63,722 nucleotides of DNA. Source: an uncultured Chromatiales bacterium (GTDB taxonomy: Bacteria > Pseudomonadota > Gammaproteobacteria > Steroidobacterales > BM003). The notes below the pieces were generated by a model. It did no database searches, had not been told where the DNA came from, and saw only the letters and a program-made list of their open reading frames with translations. Below are positions 18,579 to 28,168 of the stretch, in pieces (positions within the stretch are counted from its first letter, which is position 1; every line of letters starts with the position of its first letter). The stretch spans positions 1 through 63,722 of the forward strand of contig CAKZML010000025.1 of assembly GCA_937128475.1 (NCBI GenBank). The letters are read 5' to 3'. Position numbers and translations under genes: made by a program.

Positions 18579-19628
18579 CTAGTTCGTCAGGGTCCTGCCT
18601 ACCAGCATACCGGTCCAGATGGTCTGCATGGTTGGCAGTATGTAATCCATCATGCGCGACCAGGTCGCCAGTCCCTTGGGCGGAATGTAAATGATATCCC
18701 CTGGCTGAAGCGCGACATCCTGGGCCTTGCCCCGAAGCACATCCTCGAAGTTGGAAACGATAAGGGTGGGGTTCTGCAGGGTGCCGCGAACAATGTGCAC
18801 GCGAGTGATATCCGCATCCTTGGTAAAGCCCTCCGCCATTGCCATGGTGCGCGACATCGGCATGTTCTCCCGGTAGGCAAAGGCCATGGGCTCAGCGATC
18901 TCACCCAGTATGTACACTTCCTGGGAAAGGCCAGAGGGAATGTAGACGAAGTCTCCGGGGAATAGTTCGATGTCGAAACGCATGTCACCGTCTCGCACCA
19001 GGGCGATAAAATTAACCGGCAGCACTTTCCCGTTGCGAGAAATGAATGCGTTAGTCAGGTCGGCAAGCTCTACCGTGGTGGCTCGGAACTGTCCCTTGTT
19101 AAGACCGCCGGCGCGAGCAATCGCCTCGGTGATGGTCACGTTTGTCTCAAGTGGGTAAACACCTGGGGAGACGACCTCACCAAAAATAGTGAATTCGATG
19201 CTCTTGAATTCCAGCACCATTACCGACACCTGGGGCTCAAATACGAACTCTGACAGGCGCTGTGTCAGAACTGCAGTAAATTCTTCCGGGGTCAGCCCCT
19301 CGGCTTTCACCGACCCCACCAGGGGTAATGAGATGTGTCCATTTGGGCCCACGGGGATACTGTTCAGGGAAAGATCCGGCTCGTCGTAAACCAGGATCGA
19401 AAGCACGTCGCCCCGACCCAGGGTGAAGTCGGGTTCCATATTCGCAAGCATCTCAGTAAGGCTGGCCAGTTCCTGCTCGACAGTCAGGGAACGGGCCTTG
19501 ATCAGCGCAGCCGATTGCATAGCATTCTGCTGCTCGCCGGAGGTGACAACGGGGGATGGTTTCGGCGGAGCGCCCGCGCAACCGGACAGAAATGCCACCA
19601 TGACCATTAATGAAAATAGCTTATGCAA
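18579..19628 (-). CDS. wza: Polysaccharide export outer-membrane lipoprotein (Wza/OPX family)
   Basis: Lipobox (FLSGC), Poly_export motif (GRGDVLSILVYDEPDLS) and SLBB-like repeats. Confidence 0.8.
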   Translation of the reverse strand: MHKLFSLMVMVAFLSGCAGAPPKPSPVVTSGEQQNAMQSAALIKARSLTVEQELASLTEMLANMEPDFTLGRGDVLSILVYDEPDLSLNSIPVGPNGHISLPLVGSVKAEGLTPEEFTAVLTQRLSEFVFEPQVSVMVLEFKSIEFTIFGEVVSPGVYPLETNVTITEAIARAGGLNKGQFRATTVELADLTNAFISRNGKVLPVNFIALVRDGDMRFDIELFPGDFVYIPSGLSQEVYILGEIAEPMAFAYRENMPMSRTMAMAEGFTKDADITRVHIVRGTLQNPTLIVSNFEDVLRGKAQDVALQPGDIIYIPPKGLATWSRMMDYILPTMQTIWTGMLVGRTLTN

Positions 19629-21864
19629 GATCGTTATCCTGTTGCGATGTATCCACTGACTTCCTGGACCTCAGGCCCTTTAATGCTGCCGCCAGGGGGC
19701 GTCCGTCTTCAAGTCGCTCTTCCGGTACGTCCACGATGACTGCGCCCAGTATTTTCACATTACGTGACTTGAGAAGGGCAAGCATGTCCTCGGTTTCCTT
19801 GCGCCTGGTCTCGCCGCTGCGGGCAACGATGACGGCCTTGCCGACAATCGCCGCAAATTCCAGGGCGGTTTCGTCCTCGTCCACCGGTGGCAGTTCGTAA
19901 ATCGTCTTTTCCGGTGCCAGCACTAACTGCTCATGCAGGGAGCGCATGCCCTGGCTGCCCAGGCACAGGATGTCACGCCGTGAGTTTGTCAGCAGGCCTT
20001 TACTCAGCATACGCAATTCGTGGACCTTCGTGTCCTGCACGCAATCGGCAAGCTTGGAACGCTGGTAAACAACGTCGACCAGGCCGGGAGCCGCGGTGTG
20101 ATCTTTTTCGCGACCAACATCTCCGTCCACGATCAGGCAGGGCTGGCTCTTGATGGCCAGGGTTGCGCCCAGGTTGTAGGCGACAACGGATCTTCCCTGG
20201 TTACTCCTGGGGCTGATGATGACGATAGATGAGAAATCCTCATGGTTCAGTAGGTTGTTCACAAATCTTCGGTACGCCCTGGCCATGTTTGAAGACGGCT
20301 GATTTTCATCGATAAGCGGATGACCGGTGATTGGTAACTCCAGACTGATCTCTACCTCAGCCAGTTCGGCCAGTTCCCGTCGCTCACGAATTTTTGGGTC
20401 CGCGACTTCCAATACCAGGGCCAGGAAAATACCGCTGCCAATGCCAAGAATAATGCCGACCATGACTAGCAGGCGACGCCCGGAGGACGAAGGCCGGTCT
20501 GGCGGCCGCGCGGTTTCCACTACGCCAAAGGGGGGTTCACTGGTTGTGGCTGCCACACGGGCCTCCTGAGCCTTGGCCGCAAGGCTGTTTTCCAGCTGCC
20601 GTGCCGCATCGCGCTCTGCCGTGAGTACCATGAATTCCTTTTCCCTGGCGTTCAGGTAGGAAAGCTTCTCGTCCATTTCAGCGATAGATCGGGCCAGGCC
20701 TGCTCCTGTGCCTTCAGCCAAGCCGAGACGGTCATTGAGGTCATGCAGCATCAGGCGCATATCCAGGCGCAGTTGATTGGCGCTCACAGTGTCCTCGGGA
20801 GCCGAATCAATGCCGTGCTCCTTGATGACCTTCTCCAGTGCATCGACTTCACGCTGCAGTTTCATAACCTTGGGATTGGATTCGGTGTAACGACTGCGGG
20901 CCTGTTCCAGCTCCAGTCGGTATTCCTCCAGCTTGCGTCCCAGGGGATTGCGGAACAGCTGGCTGAACACCAGGGTGTCTGGTTCCTGTTCGATTGCCAC
21001 CAGCAGTTCTTTCTTGACGATCTTGAGGGCGTCAATTTCGGACAGTTGGGTGGCATGCTCCGCTTGCAGGCGAGAAAGGTCTATAAGACGAGCCTTGATT
21101 TCCTCTTCGATATTGGAGATGTGAAATTCCTGCTGGAAGGCAAGCACCCGGGTGTCCGCCTCCTTGACTCTTTCACGGGCATCGGCCAGCTGCGAGCTGT
21201 AGCGGTCGAAATCTTCCTGGGCCTGCTCTGATCGAATCTGGCGAGTCTTCTGGATGAACACCTGGGCCAGGTTGTTGACGATGGTGGCGGCAACCCGGGG
21301 ATCGTCCCAGGTGACCTTGAGATTCAAGACATTGGAGTTCTTCGCAATCGATACGTCGATGGCCACGGCAAGTGTAGTGAGCTTCGTGTCCACGCCCGAC
21401 ATGTCCAGGGTCTGTTGCAGGGAGCTCGGCAATTTAAGCGTGTCCAGCATGGTTGCCAGGTTGTACTCGGGGGGCTGGTAGGGGCGGCCTCCGCCCACGC
21501 TCAGTTCTTCCACGTCCTGGCGCATGATCAGGGTGGTGATCGCATCCCACTTGGGTGTGACCAGGGTCAAGGCCACTGCAAGAGAGGTGAACAGGAAGCC
21601 AAGGAAGGTCAGGGCCACCACCTTCCGGCGGATCCAGACGCCCTTGATCAGTCGGTTCGGTGACAGTTTGGCCGGGATGCCTCGACTGGCTTCCGGTTCG
21701 TCCCGCAACAGCTTTGCGAGTTCAGCAGAATTGAATCCCTCGTTGGCCGTCGGCGCCGTTTCGCCATGGGCTGGCGTCCAGGCTGGGGCGTTCTGGGAGG
21801 GGTGTTCAGGCGAATTTAGCGGTTTTTCACTCATTGCCTGGATAGTAAGCAGAAATCGGGCCAA
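19621..21864 (-). CDS. Polysaccharide co-polymerase (Wzz/GumC-type) with a long coiled coil and a C-terminal BY-kinase-like domain that has a degenerate Walker A
   Basis: Two TM segments flank a periplasmic coiled-coil region. The C-terminal domain reads IVIISPRSNQGRSVV...LIVDGDVGRE...VIVARSGET, with no Tyr-rich tail. Confidence 0.7.
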   Translation of the reverse strand: MARFLLTIQAMSEKPLNSPEHPSQNAPAWTPAHGETAPTANEGFNSAELAKLLRDEPEASRGIPAKLSPNRLIKGVWIRRKVVALTFLGFLFTSLAVALTLVTPKWDAITTLIMRQDVEELSVGGGRPYQPPEYNLATMLDTLKLPSSLQQTLDMSGVDTKLTTLAVAIDVSIAKNSNVLNLKVTWDDPRVAATIVNNLAQVFIQKTRQIRSEQAQEDFDRYSSQLADARERVKEADTRVLAFQQEFHISNIEEEIKARLIDLSRLQAEHATQLSEIDALKIVKKELLVAIEQEPDTLVFSQLFRNPLGRKLEEYRLELEQARSRYTESNPKVMKLQREVDALEKVIKEHGIDSAPEDTVSANQLRLDMRLMLHDLNDRLGLAEGTGAGLARSIAEMDEKLSYLNAREKEFMVLTAERDAARQLENSLAAKAQEARVAATTSEPPFGVVETARPPDRPSSSGRRLLVMVGIILGIGSGIFLALVLEVADPKIRERRELAELAEVEISLELPITGHPLIDENQPSSNMARAYRRFVNNLLNHEDFSSIVIISPRSNQGRSVVAYNLGATLAIKSQPCLIVDGDVGREKDHTAAPGLVDVVYQRSKLADCVQDTKVHELRMLSKGLLTNSRRDILCLGSQGMRSLHEQLVLAPEKTIYELPPVDEDETALEFAAIVGKAVIVARSGETRRKETEDMLALLKSRNVKILGAVIVDVPEERLEDGRPLAAALKGLRSRKSVDTSQQDNDLA

Positions 21865-22088
21865 CTTTCATAATTTTAGATAGAAAACCAATAATTACCT
21901 GATTGTACAAGAAAAATGGATCATCGATGTGGGATGGATTTACTGATTGGCATTTTGCAAACGCTGTGCGGCGATCACTGCATATCGCAACATCTGGATT
22001 CCCCTGGCATCGGAACTGCAGCGGCCGCCCAGGGGGGTAAATACGCAGGCGCCAATCCTGGTCGACAGTCGAGGGGCTGTCTGGCCCC

Positions 22089-22418
22089 CTAGGGCAAATT
22101 ATTCATCAGGAAATGGATTGATTTTGGCAACGGCGGCACCTTGATACGTTTCACCTGTCGGGACTGAGAGTCGTGGATGGGGACCGCAGCCACTTCCAGG
22201 TAACTGGTGCCGGCGCCAAAAGACATTTCCATTTCTATCGGTGTAGCTCCCACGTAGACGCCATCGATGAATATCCAGGCCGAGGTCGGTGAGGAGGTAA
22301 TCTCGATAACCGCCATGGTGCTCCCATCGTCTCCCGCGTAGGAGTCCTGCTGGCTGGCCCATTGACTGGCGCAGCCGGACAGGCCCATTAACAGCAGGCT
22401 GTAGAGGAGATGTCTCAC
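22089..22418 (-). CDS. Small PEGA-domain lipoprotein
   Basis: A GTG start overlaps the upstream TGA (GTGA). Lipobox LMGLSGC and a PEGA-like strand, ITSSPTSAWIFIDGVYVGATP. Confidence 0.6.
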   Translation of the reverse strand: MRHLLYSLLLMGLSGCASQWASQQDSYAGDDGSTMAVIEITSSPTSAWIFIDGVYVGATPIEMEMSFGAGTSYLEVAAVPIHDSQSRQVKRIKVPPLPKSIHFLMNNLP

Positions 22419-23554
22419 GATTTTACCGCCAGGTGCAGTGTATCCAGTACCTGGGATGCCGAGGCTTCCCATGAGAACCCGGAGGCACGCTGTTTGCCGG
22501 CCTGGCGGAGCGCTGCATAGACTTCGGGATCATCGAGTACCTTCCGAATGCTGGAGGCGATTGAACGGGGGTCATTTGGGTCGAACAGCAGTCCGGCATC
22601 ACCCAGGACCTCGGGGATGCTGGATGCATCAGAGGCACAAACCGGTGTCCCGGACATCATAGATTCCAACAAGGGAATGCCGAAGCCCTCAAACAGGGAA
22701 GGGAATACAAAAAGATCTGCGCCGGCATACAGTTCAGGCAGCATCTCATTGGAGACGAAGCCGGTGAATTTCACATCTTTGGTCAGGCCAAGTTTCTCGA
22801 CGGTTTCTTCAATAAATTCGGCGCCGTTCCAACGGCTTCCCGCCAGCACTAACTGGTGGGGAATGCCCTCGGCCTTGAGAATCGCGAAGGCCTTGAGCAG
22901 TCCAACGTGGTTTTTTCCCGGGTGCTCCAGGCGGGCAACGTACAGCAGGTAGGGGGTGCTGGCGCCGTAGCTGTCTTTCACCAGGGCAGCGGCTTTTACC
23001 CTGTCCTTGCCGATAAAGCGCAGATGATCAAAACCGTTGGCTATGACCCGAATTTTCTCCGGGTCTACCATGGCATGGGACACCAGGTCCTGTCGGGTAG
23101 CGTTGCTCACTGAGATCACGCTGGTAAGCCGGCGCATGAAGCGCGGAAGCAGGTTGCAGACGTAGTACATCCGAAATCGATCGTACTTTCCTTTCACGTG
23201 TAATTGGGAAAGGTCATGCACCGTTCCGACGCTGGGCACGGGATACCACCAGCCCAGGCGCCGGTTTCCGGCGGGCAGGAAAACGCATTCACAGCGATGA
23301 CGCTTGAGCATCACCGGCAGTGCGATAAGGTGCCAGAGAATGCTGAAGACAGGCTTTTCCATCCAGTCGGGTGTGGTCACCAGTTCCAGTCGTGGATTGG
23401 TTAGCTGCAAATCTTCTACGGCAGAGCGCGGACAAAAAACCACGAAACTGTCTTTGTCGCTCATCAGCGGCAGGCGCTTGATGATGTTAATCAGGTATTG
23501 TCCGATCCCTGACTTGCCCGCATCGCCTGCGAATGCCGATATGCCTATCCTCAC
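22415..23554 (-). CDS. GT4-family (GT-B) glycosyltransferase
   Basis: C-terminal E(x7)E-type motif region (FVFPSLFEGFGIPLLESMMSGTPVCASDASSIPEV). Confidence 0.8.
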   Translation of the reverse strand: MRIGISAFAGDAGKSGIGQYLINIIKRLPLMSDKDSFVVFCPRSAVEDLQLTNPRLELVTTPDWMEKPVFSILWHLIALPVMLKRHRCECVFLPAGNRRLGWWYPVPSVGTVHDLSQLHVKGKYDRFRMYYVCNLLPRFMRRLTSVISVSNATRQDLVSHAMVDPEKIRVIANGFDHLRFIGKDRVKAAALVKDSYGASTPYLLYVARLEHPGKNHVGLLKAFAILKAEGIPHQLVLAGSRWNGAEFIEETVEKLGLTKDVKFTGFVSNEMLPELYAGADLFVFPSLFEGFGIPLLESMMSGTPVCASDASSIPEVLGDAGLLFDPNDPRSIASSIRKVLDDPEVYAALRQAGKQRASGFSWEASASQVLDTLHLAVKS

Positions 23555-24687
23555 AGGACTGACTCCAGAGATTGAATGAGGTTCTTGAGGAACATGTTGT
23601 GCTTGAATCTGTCTTTGGCCAACTCGGCAGCTGATTGACCAAGGCTGATGGCCATCTCTTTGTTGCTAAGTAATTTATCAATCGCCGCTGCATAGGCCTT
23701 GATGTTTCCGGGCTCCACCAGCAATCCGCTTACATTGTCTTCCAGCCAGTCCGGAATTCCCCCGGTGCGGAAGCCAATTACCGCTCTGCCCCGGGCCATG
23801 GATTCAGGGCCGACCATGCCGAAGGGTTCTGGCCAGCGGGACGGGACCACCGAGAAAAGCGCCTTGGCGTAGTAGGGCTCCAGGGCTTCATGGGCCACCC
23901 AGCCGGCGAAGCTCACTTTGTCGTCTATGCCCAGCTGCCTGGCCAACTTACGGCAGGCGTCCAAATGGTTGCCGGTACCCACGATGGTGGTGTGCCATGG
24001 CTTGTCCACCAGTGCCAGGGCGCGCAGCAGAAGGTCTACGCCCTTGCCACGAATGATTTGACCGACATAGAGAATTTCCGGCTCGCTCACAGGCGGCAGG
24101 GCCTTGACGGTTTCCAGCACTCTTGGGATCGGATGGATGACATCAATGTCAGCCTCCGGGTAGCCGTTGATGACCATTTGTCCCTTCATCCACTGGCTGT
24201 TTACCACGAAGCGACGAATTCCACGGTTGGCATCCATAAGTTTGCGCTGGCTACCCAGTCCGCGAAGTTTCACGGGTAATCCGCCCTTGTCTCCCTTCTG
24301 AATGAAGCAACCATGGGTAATACAGTTGATGCCAGTGGCGAGCTCGCACGGCTTGTTGCCAAGCGGAAAATATTTGTGGCGACGCAGACAGGTAAGGTCA
24401 TGGTCGTGAACCATTCGGACAGAGGGGCGTTTGCTTGCCAGCAGGGAGGTCTTTTCCGGGTCATTCAGTTTATGAATCAGGATCACGTCAGGCTGGAATT
24501 TCGCCAGGATGGACATGTTTGAGGATGCCAGGTCGAAGTGCTGCAGGAAATGTGGCGACACGTCGCCTCCACCGTACAGCAACGCCTGTGAAATGCCTTC
24601 CTCGGCGAATCCCCTGGCCGTATCAAACAGGATCTGTTCGATGCCACCAACGAAATTTGCATTCTGGTTTACGTGAAGAACTTTCAA
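23551..24687 (-). CDS. GT4-family (GT-B) glycosyltransferase
   Basis: SVVPSRWPEPFGMVGPESMARGRAVIGFRTGGIPDW. It overlaps its neighbour by 4 nt. Confidence 0.8.
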   Translation of the reverse strand: MKVLHVNQNANFVGGIEQILFDTARGFAEEGISQALLYGGGDVSPHFLQHFDLASSNMSILAKFQPDVILIHKLNDPEKTSLLASKRPSVRMVHDHDLTCLRRHKYFPLGNKPCELATGINCITHGCFIQKGDKGGLPVKLRGLGSQRKLMDANRGIRRFVVNSQWMKGQMVINGYPEADIDVIHPIPRVLETVKALPPVSEPEILYVGQIIRGKGVDLLLRALALVDKPWHTTIVGTGNHLDACRKLARQLGIDDKVSFAGWVAHEALEPYYAKALFSVVPSRWPEPFGMVGPESMARGRAVIGFRTGGIPDWLEDNVSGLLVEPGNIKAYAAAIDKLLSNKEMAISLGQSAAELAKDRFKHNMFLKNLIQSLESVL

Positions 24688-24688
24688 C

Positions 24689-25987
24689 TCACCGTGCTCC
24701 CGTGACCAGCTCTTGATAGAGGCTTTCGAGCTTGCGTGCGATCACCTTCCAGTCAAATTCAATTCTGGCACGGGTTTGTCCTGCCTGGGCCAGATTGTGG
24801 GATTGGATACGCGAAACTAACAGTAGTCCCACCTTGGTTGCCAGTTCCTTGGTATTCCCGGTTTCGAACAATAAGGCGTCGCTGCCGTCCACTACGAAGC
24901 CAGGTATGCCGCCAACTCTTGAGGCTACCACCGGCAGTCCGGCGGCCCAGGCTTCCAGGATGACGATTCCAAAAGGCTCATGCATGGAGGGCAGGCAAAA
25001 TAAGCTTGCGGCCTTGTAGGCGTCCAGCAGCTCGGGGTCATCCGGGGCCAATCCCGGAATGATGGTTACTTTTTCTTCCAGACCCAACTCGCTAATGGTT
25101 TGTTCAATCGCTTTGAGGTACTCCGGACGGGTTACCGGGCCAATCAGGACCAGATGTGACCGGGGTTCATGCTCAGAAATTTCTGGTAATGCCTTGATCA
25201 GTGTCAGTTGATCTTTCTGTGGGTCAATGCGGCTGACGCAAAGAATAATTTTGGCATCGTTGCTCAAGCCGTGACGCTGGCGGAATCGAGCCCCGTCCCC
25301 GGACTTGAAGCGAGCGCTGTCCACACCATTGGGCATGAACTCCACGCGTTTTCCGGGCAATTGTTTTTTTGCCGCTTCATACTCGCTACGACCAACACAG
25401 AGTATCGCTGAAGCGTCTTCGAGCACTCGTCGGGAGCCGAAAATGGCGCCGAAGATACGGCCCCATTCGAACTTACCCTCGATAGGTGTCAGCAATGACT
25501 CGGCCTCGGAGCTGGGTACATCGAACACCCCGCCATGCAGGCTGATGACGTAGGGTATCCGGCGCAGTTTAGCTACGCTGCGCACGATTCCGCCCAGTCG
25601 TTTTCCGGTATGGGCGTGCAGCAAATCAACGCCGGGTTCGAACAGTAATCCTGCGAAAAGTGACAGCGACAGCAGATTGCCTCCCTTACGATCCATGTCG
25701 GCTTTTTGATCCGCGGAAAGGCCAAGGAAAGGGTAGTTGTACGAAAAGCGCTTTACCTGCACGCCAAGAATGTTTTCCTTCTTTTGGCTGGACAGGGCCA
25801 AAGAGGTAAATACTGACGCCTGGTGGCCCATGTCCTTGAGTGCCCGGCTGGATTCCAGGATCATGCACTCGGTGCCTCCCCAGGCTTCTTTCACAAAACG
25901 CCTGGGAACCTGGATGGTTTTCAGCGTGCGTGGTTTCCTTGTGGCATTGGAGCTTCGCAATGGCACGGCGTGTTGAGTACGGCCCAT
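24689..25987 (-). CDS. GT4-family (GT-B) glycosyltransferase
   Basis: FCLPSMHEPFGIVILEAWAAGLPVVASRVGGIPGFV. Its start overlaps the upstream stop (TAATG). Confidence 0.8.
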   Translation of the reverse strand: MGRTQHAVPLRSSNATRKPRTLKTIQVPRRFVKEAWGGTECMILESSRALKDMGHQASVFTSLALSSQKKENILGVQVKRFSYNYPFLGLSADQKADMDRKGGNLLSLSLFAGLLFEPGVDLLHAHTGKRLGGIVRSVAKLRRIPYVISLHGGVFDVPSSEAESLLTPIEGKFEWGRIFGAIFGSRRVLEDASAILCVGRSEYEAAKKQLPGKRVEFMPNGVDSARFKSGDGARFRQRHGLSNDAKIILCVSRIDPQKDQLTLIKALPEISEHEPRSHLVLIGPVTRPEYLKAIEQTISELGLEEKVTIIPGLAPDDPELLDAYKAASLFCLPSMHEPFGIVILEAWAAGLPVVASRVGGIPGFVVDGSDALLFETGNTKELATKVGLLLVSRIQSHNLAQAGQTRARIEFDWKVIARKLESLYQELVTGAR

Positions 25988-26619
25988 TATTGCGTCCCGG
26001 AAGAAGGTTGTTCGCTGGGTTTACGTTGTCCGGTGACCCGGGCGGGAACGCCCAGGGCAATGCTGTAGGGGGGGATGTCTTTGGTTACCACGGCGCCTGC
26101 GCCGATAATCGATCCCTTGCCAATCGTGACCCCTTGCAAGATGGTGCAGTTCAGACCTATCCAGACATCGTCCTCAATGACCACTGGGTCACAGTAGATT
26201 CCCTGGGAGCTCATCGGCACATCAGTGCGTGTGGCCACATGGGAGATGCTGTTTATGGTGGTGTGAGCGGCGATCAGCACGTCATTTCCGATAGTGACAT
26301 CGCCGTTCCCATAAATCAGACAATGGGGGCCAAGCCAGCAACGCTCTCCCAAACTGATTCGGCCCTGGTTGGCGTTCAGTACGGTGTATTCCTTGATCGA
26401 GGTGTCCTCACCCAATGTCACACCGGGCTTGGCCGAGGTGTTGGCCCTGAGGATGGCTCCATGTTCGATTTGGGCCCGCGCACCTATGCGGATCAACGAG
26501 GGTGATTCCAGGCGTGCGCCGCGGGCGATACGGGCCCCGGATCCCAGGCTATCCAGGCGCATGCCAAGGTACCCGTGGCGCAGTGCATGGAGGCCTTTCT
26601 TGATCTTTGCCAGGCTCAC
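25987..26619 (-). CDS. Hexapeptide-repeat (LbH) O-acetyltransferase
   Basis: Repeated [LIV]G-x4 hexapeptides (IGNDVLIAAHTTI...IEDDVWIGLNCTILQGVTIGKGSIIGAGAVV). Confidence 0.8.
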   Translation of the reverse strand: MSLAKIKKGLHALRHGYLGMRLDSLGSGARIARGARLESPSLIRIGARAQIEHGAILRANTSAKPGVTLGEDTSIKEYTVLNANQGRISLGERCWLGPHCLIYGNGDVTIGNDVLIAAHTTINSISHVATRTDVPMSSQGIYCDPVVIEDDVWIGLNCTILQGVTIGKGSIIGAGAVVTKDIPPYSIALGVPARVTGQRKPSEQPSSGTQ

Positions 26620-28151
26620 AGTTCAACTCCCTGGTCGGGGCGGCGACTCCCCGTCATGCTGCCCAGCGCACTGATAATTTGCTGACGCTCTTCACGGTGC
26701 AGGGTGACCAGGAAATAGCCGACCAGATACAAAAGTCCAAGAATCATGCACTGACCGATCAGTCCCAACAGGGATTCGGGCGGTGCGTAATGCAGGAATA
26801 CCCAGGTCAGGCCGAGCATTGGCAGTAGCGGTGGCAGGGTGCGGGCGATGACGCCGACCAGGAATTGACCGAAGCTGACGCCGGCGTGTTTGCAGGCGCT
26901 GGGAAGTATGACACCGGTTTCAATGATCAGCGCCGCGCTCAGAGAGCCGATGGCAGCGCCGAGCAGACCGATTCGGGGCAGCAGGATGAGGGTAATCACC
27001 AGGTTGATCGTGGCGCTCATGCCCATGGCACTGGCGACAAAGCGGTGTTTGCCGGTCATGCCCAGGACATTGGCGGCATTGAGTTGCAGCACGCTGCACC
27101 CGACGGCGACAGCGAGGGTCTGCAATACCGGAACGGCATCCTCGAAACCAGCGCCCAGCCACAGCGTCAGCAGCGGGTCAGCGTAGATGGCAATCAGTAC
27201 CAGCATGGGCATGGCCAGGGCCATCAAGTAGCGGGTGCCGTTGGTGAGCACTTGCTGCACAGTGTTGGATGATCCGGCTCCATGGGCCTGGGAAATCATC
27301 GGCATCAGTGCATTGGAAAACTGTTTGTTCAGTAACAACGCGTACTCTGCGATCTTGGCCGCCACCGCGTAAATAGCAACTGCCGACAGTGGCATCATGG
27401 CCTTGATCAAAATCGGGTCCATACGCATGATCAACAGCACGGCGGCGTTGGCGACAAATGCCCAGCCGGAGAATGCCAGCAAGTCTCTTGAGTCCCGCAG
27501 GCCCTTGAAGCTTAAGGTCAGTTTCAGGCCGTCCAGCTTGCGATAGGAAAGCCATACCAGCATTCCAAGACCCATGCTCATGCCGATGGCCTGGGCGATA
27601 GGCAGTCCGGCCAGTCCGCTGCCATTGATCAGGAACAGTGCGGACAAACTGGTGTAGGACAGGGTCATGATGATCTCTGCCAGGTTGCTCAGGAACATGT
27701 TGCCGGAGCCAGTCAGGGCGGCGCGAAACAGGCTCAGTGGGAAACCCAGTGCCACCATCAGGCCTACCATCACGCAAAGGATCCGGAAGTCTTCTCTCCC
27801 GGTGATGCCATCGGTGCTGGTTGCATCGTAGGTCCCGAATGCATAGATGCTGACTATCACCAGGGCAACGCCGCCTACACTCAGATAGCAGGTCAGCAGG
27901 GTGGAGATGACTCGGTTTCTTCCCTCAATGTCTCCCCTGGCAGTGTGTTCGGCGACGTACTTCACCGCGGCAGTGGCCAGGCCGAAGTCCATCAGGCCCA
28001 ACATGCCTGAGACGGCCAGTGCCAGCGCCCACAATCCATAGTCTTCCATGCCGACCCGCTCGATGATGAACGGCGTCAGCATGAACACTGCAATGATGGC
28101 TACCACGAAGCGGCCATAACTGGAGGCGATATTGATTGCCCAACGCTTCAT
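26616..28151 (-). CDS. wzx: Wzx-type oligosaccharide flippase (MOP superfamily)
   Basis: 511 aa with about 12-14 TM segments and an N-terminal pattern typical of polysaccharide biosynthesis flippases. Confidence 0.75.
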   Translation of the reverse strand: MKRWAINIASSYGRFVVAIIAVFMLTPFIIERVGMEDYGLWALALAVSGMLGLMDFGLATAAVKYVAEHTARGDIEGRNRVISTLLTCYLSVGGVALVIVSIYAFGTYDATSTDGITGREDFRILCVMVGLMVALGFPLSLFRAALTGSGNMFLSNLAEIIMTLSYTSLSALFLINGSGLAGLPIAQAIGMSMGLGMLVWLSYRKLDGLKLTLSFKGLRDSRDLLAFSGWAFVANAAVLLIMRMDPILIKAMMPLSAVAIYAVAAKIAEYALLLNKQFSNALMPMISQAHGAGSSNTVQQVLTNGTRYLMALAMPMLVLIAIYADPLLTLWLGAGFEDAVPVLQTLAVAVGCSVLQLNAANVLGMTGKHRFVASAMGMSATINLVITLILLPRIGLLGAAIGSLSAALIIETGVILPSACKHAGVSFGQFLVGVIARTLPPLLPMLGLTWVFLHYAPPESLLGLIGQCMILGLLYLVGYFLVTLHREERQQIISALGSMTGSRRPDQGVEL

Positions 28152-28168
28152 GTAAATATTCCGGTGCC

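Noticed and set aside
21947-21961. TTGGCATTTTGCAAA, a sigma-54 look-alike upstream of the wzc-like gene
   Set aside because: The GG to GC spacing is 6 nt, not 10, and it is on the wrong strand for the wzc-like gene. I found no convincing sigma-54 motif for the wzc-wza-GH9 genes. They may be read through from upstream or use a sigma-70 promoter in the AT-rich stretch at 21865-21945.
22005-22020. TGGCAT-CGGAA-CTGCA on the + strand, with correct GG-N10-GC spacing
   Set aside because: It points into the 3' end of the minus-strand operon with no downstream + strand ORF, so it would only make an antisense RNA. It is kept as a possibility for strand-specific RNA-seq but is not called as a promoter.
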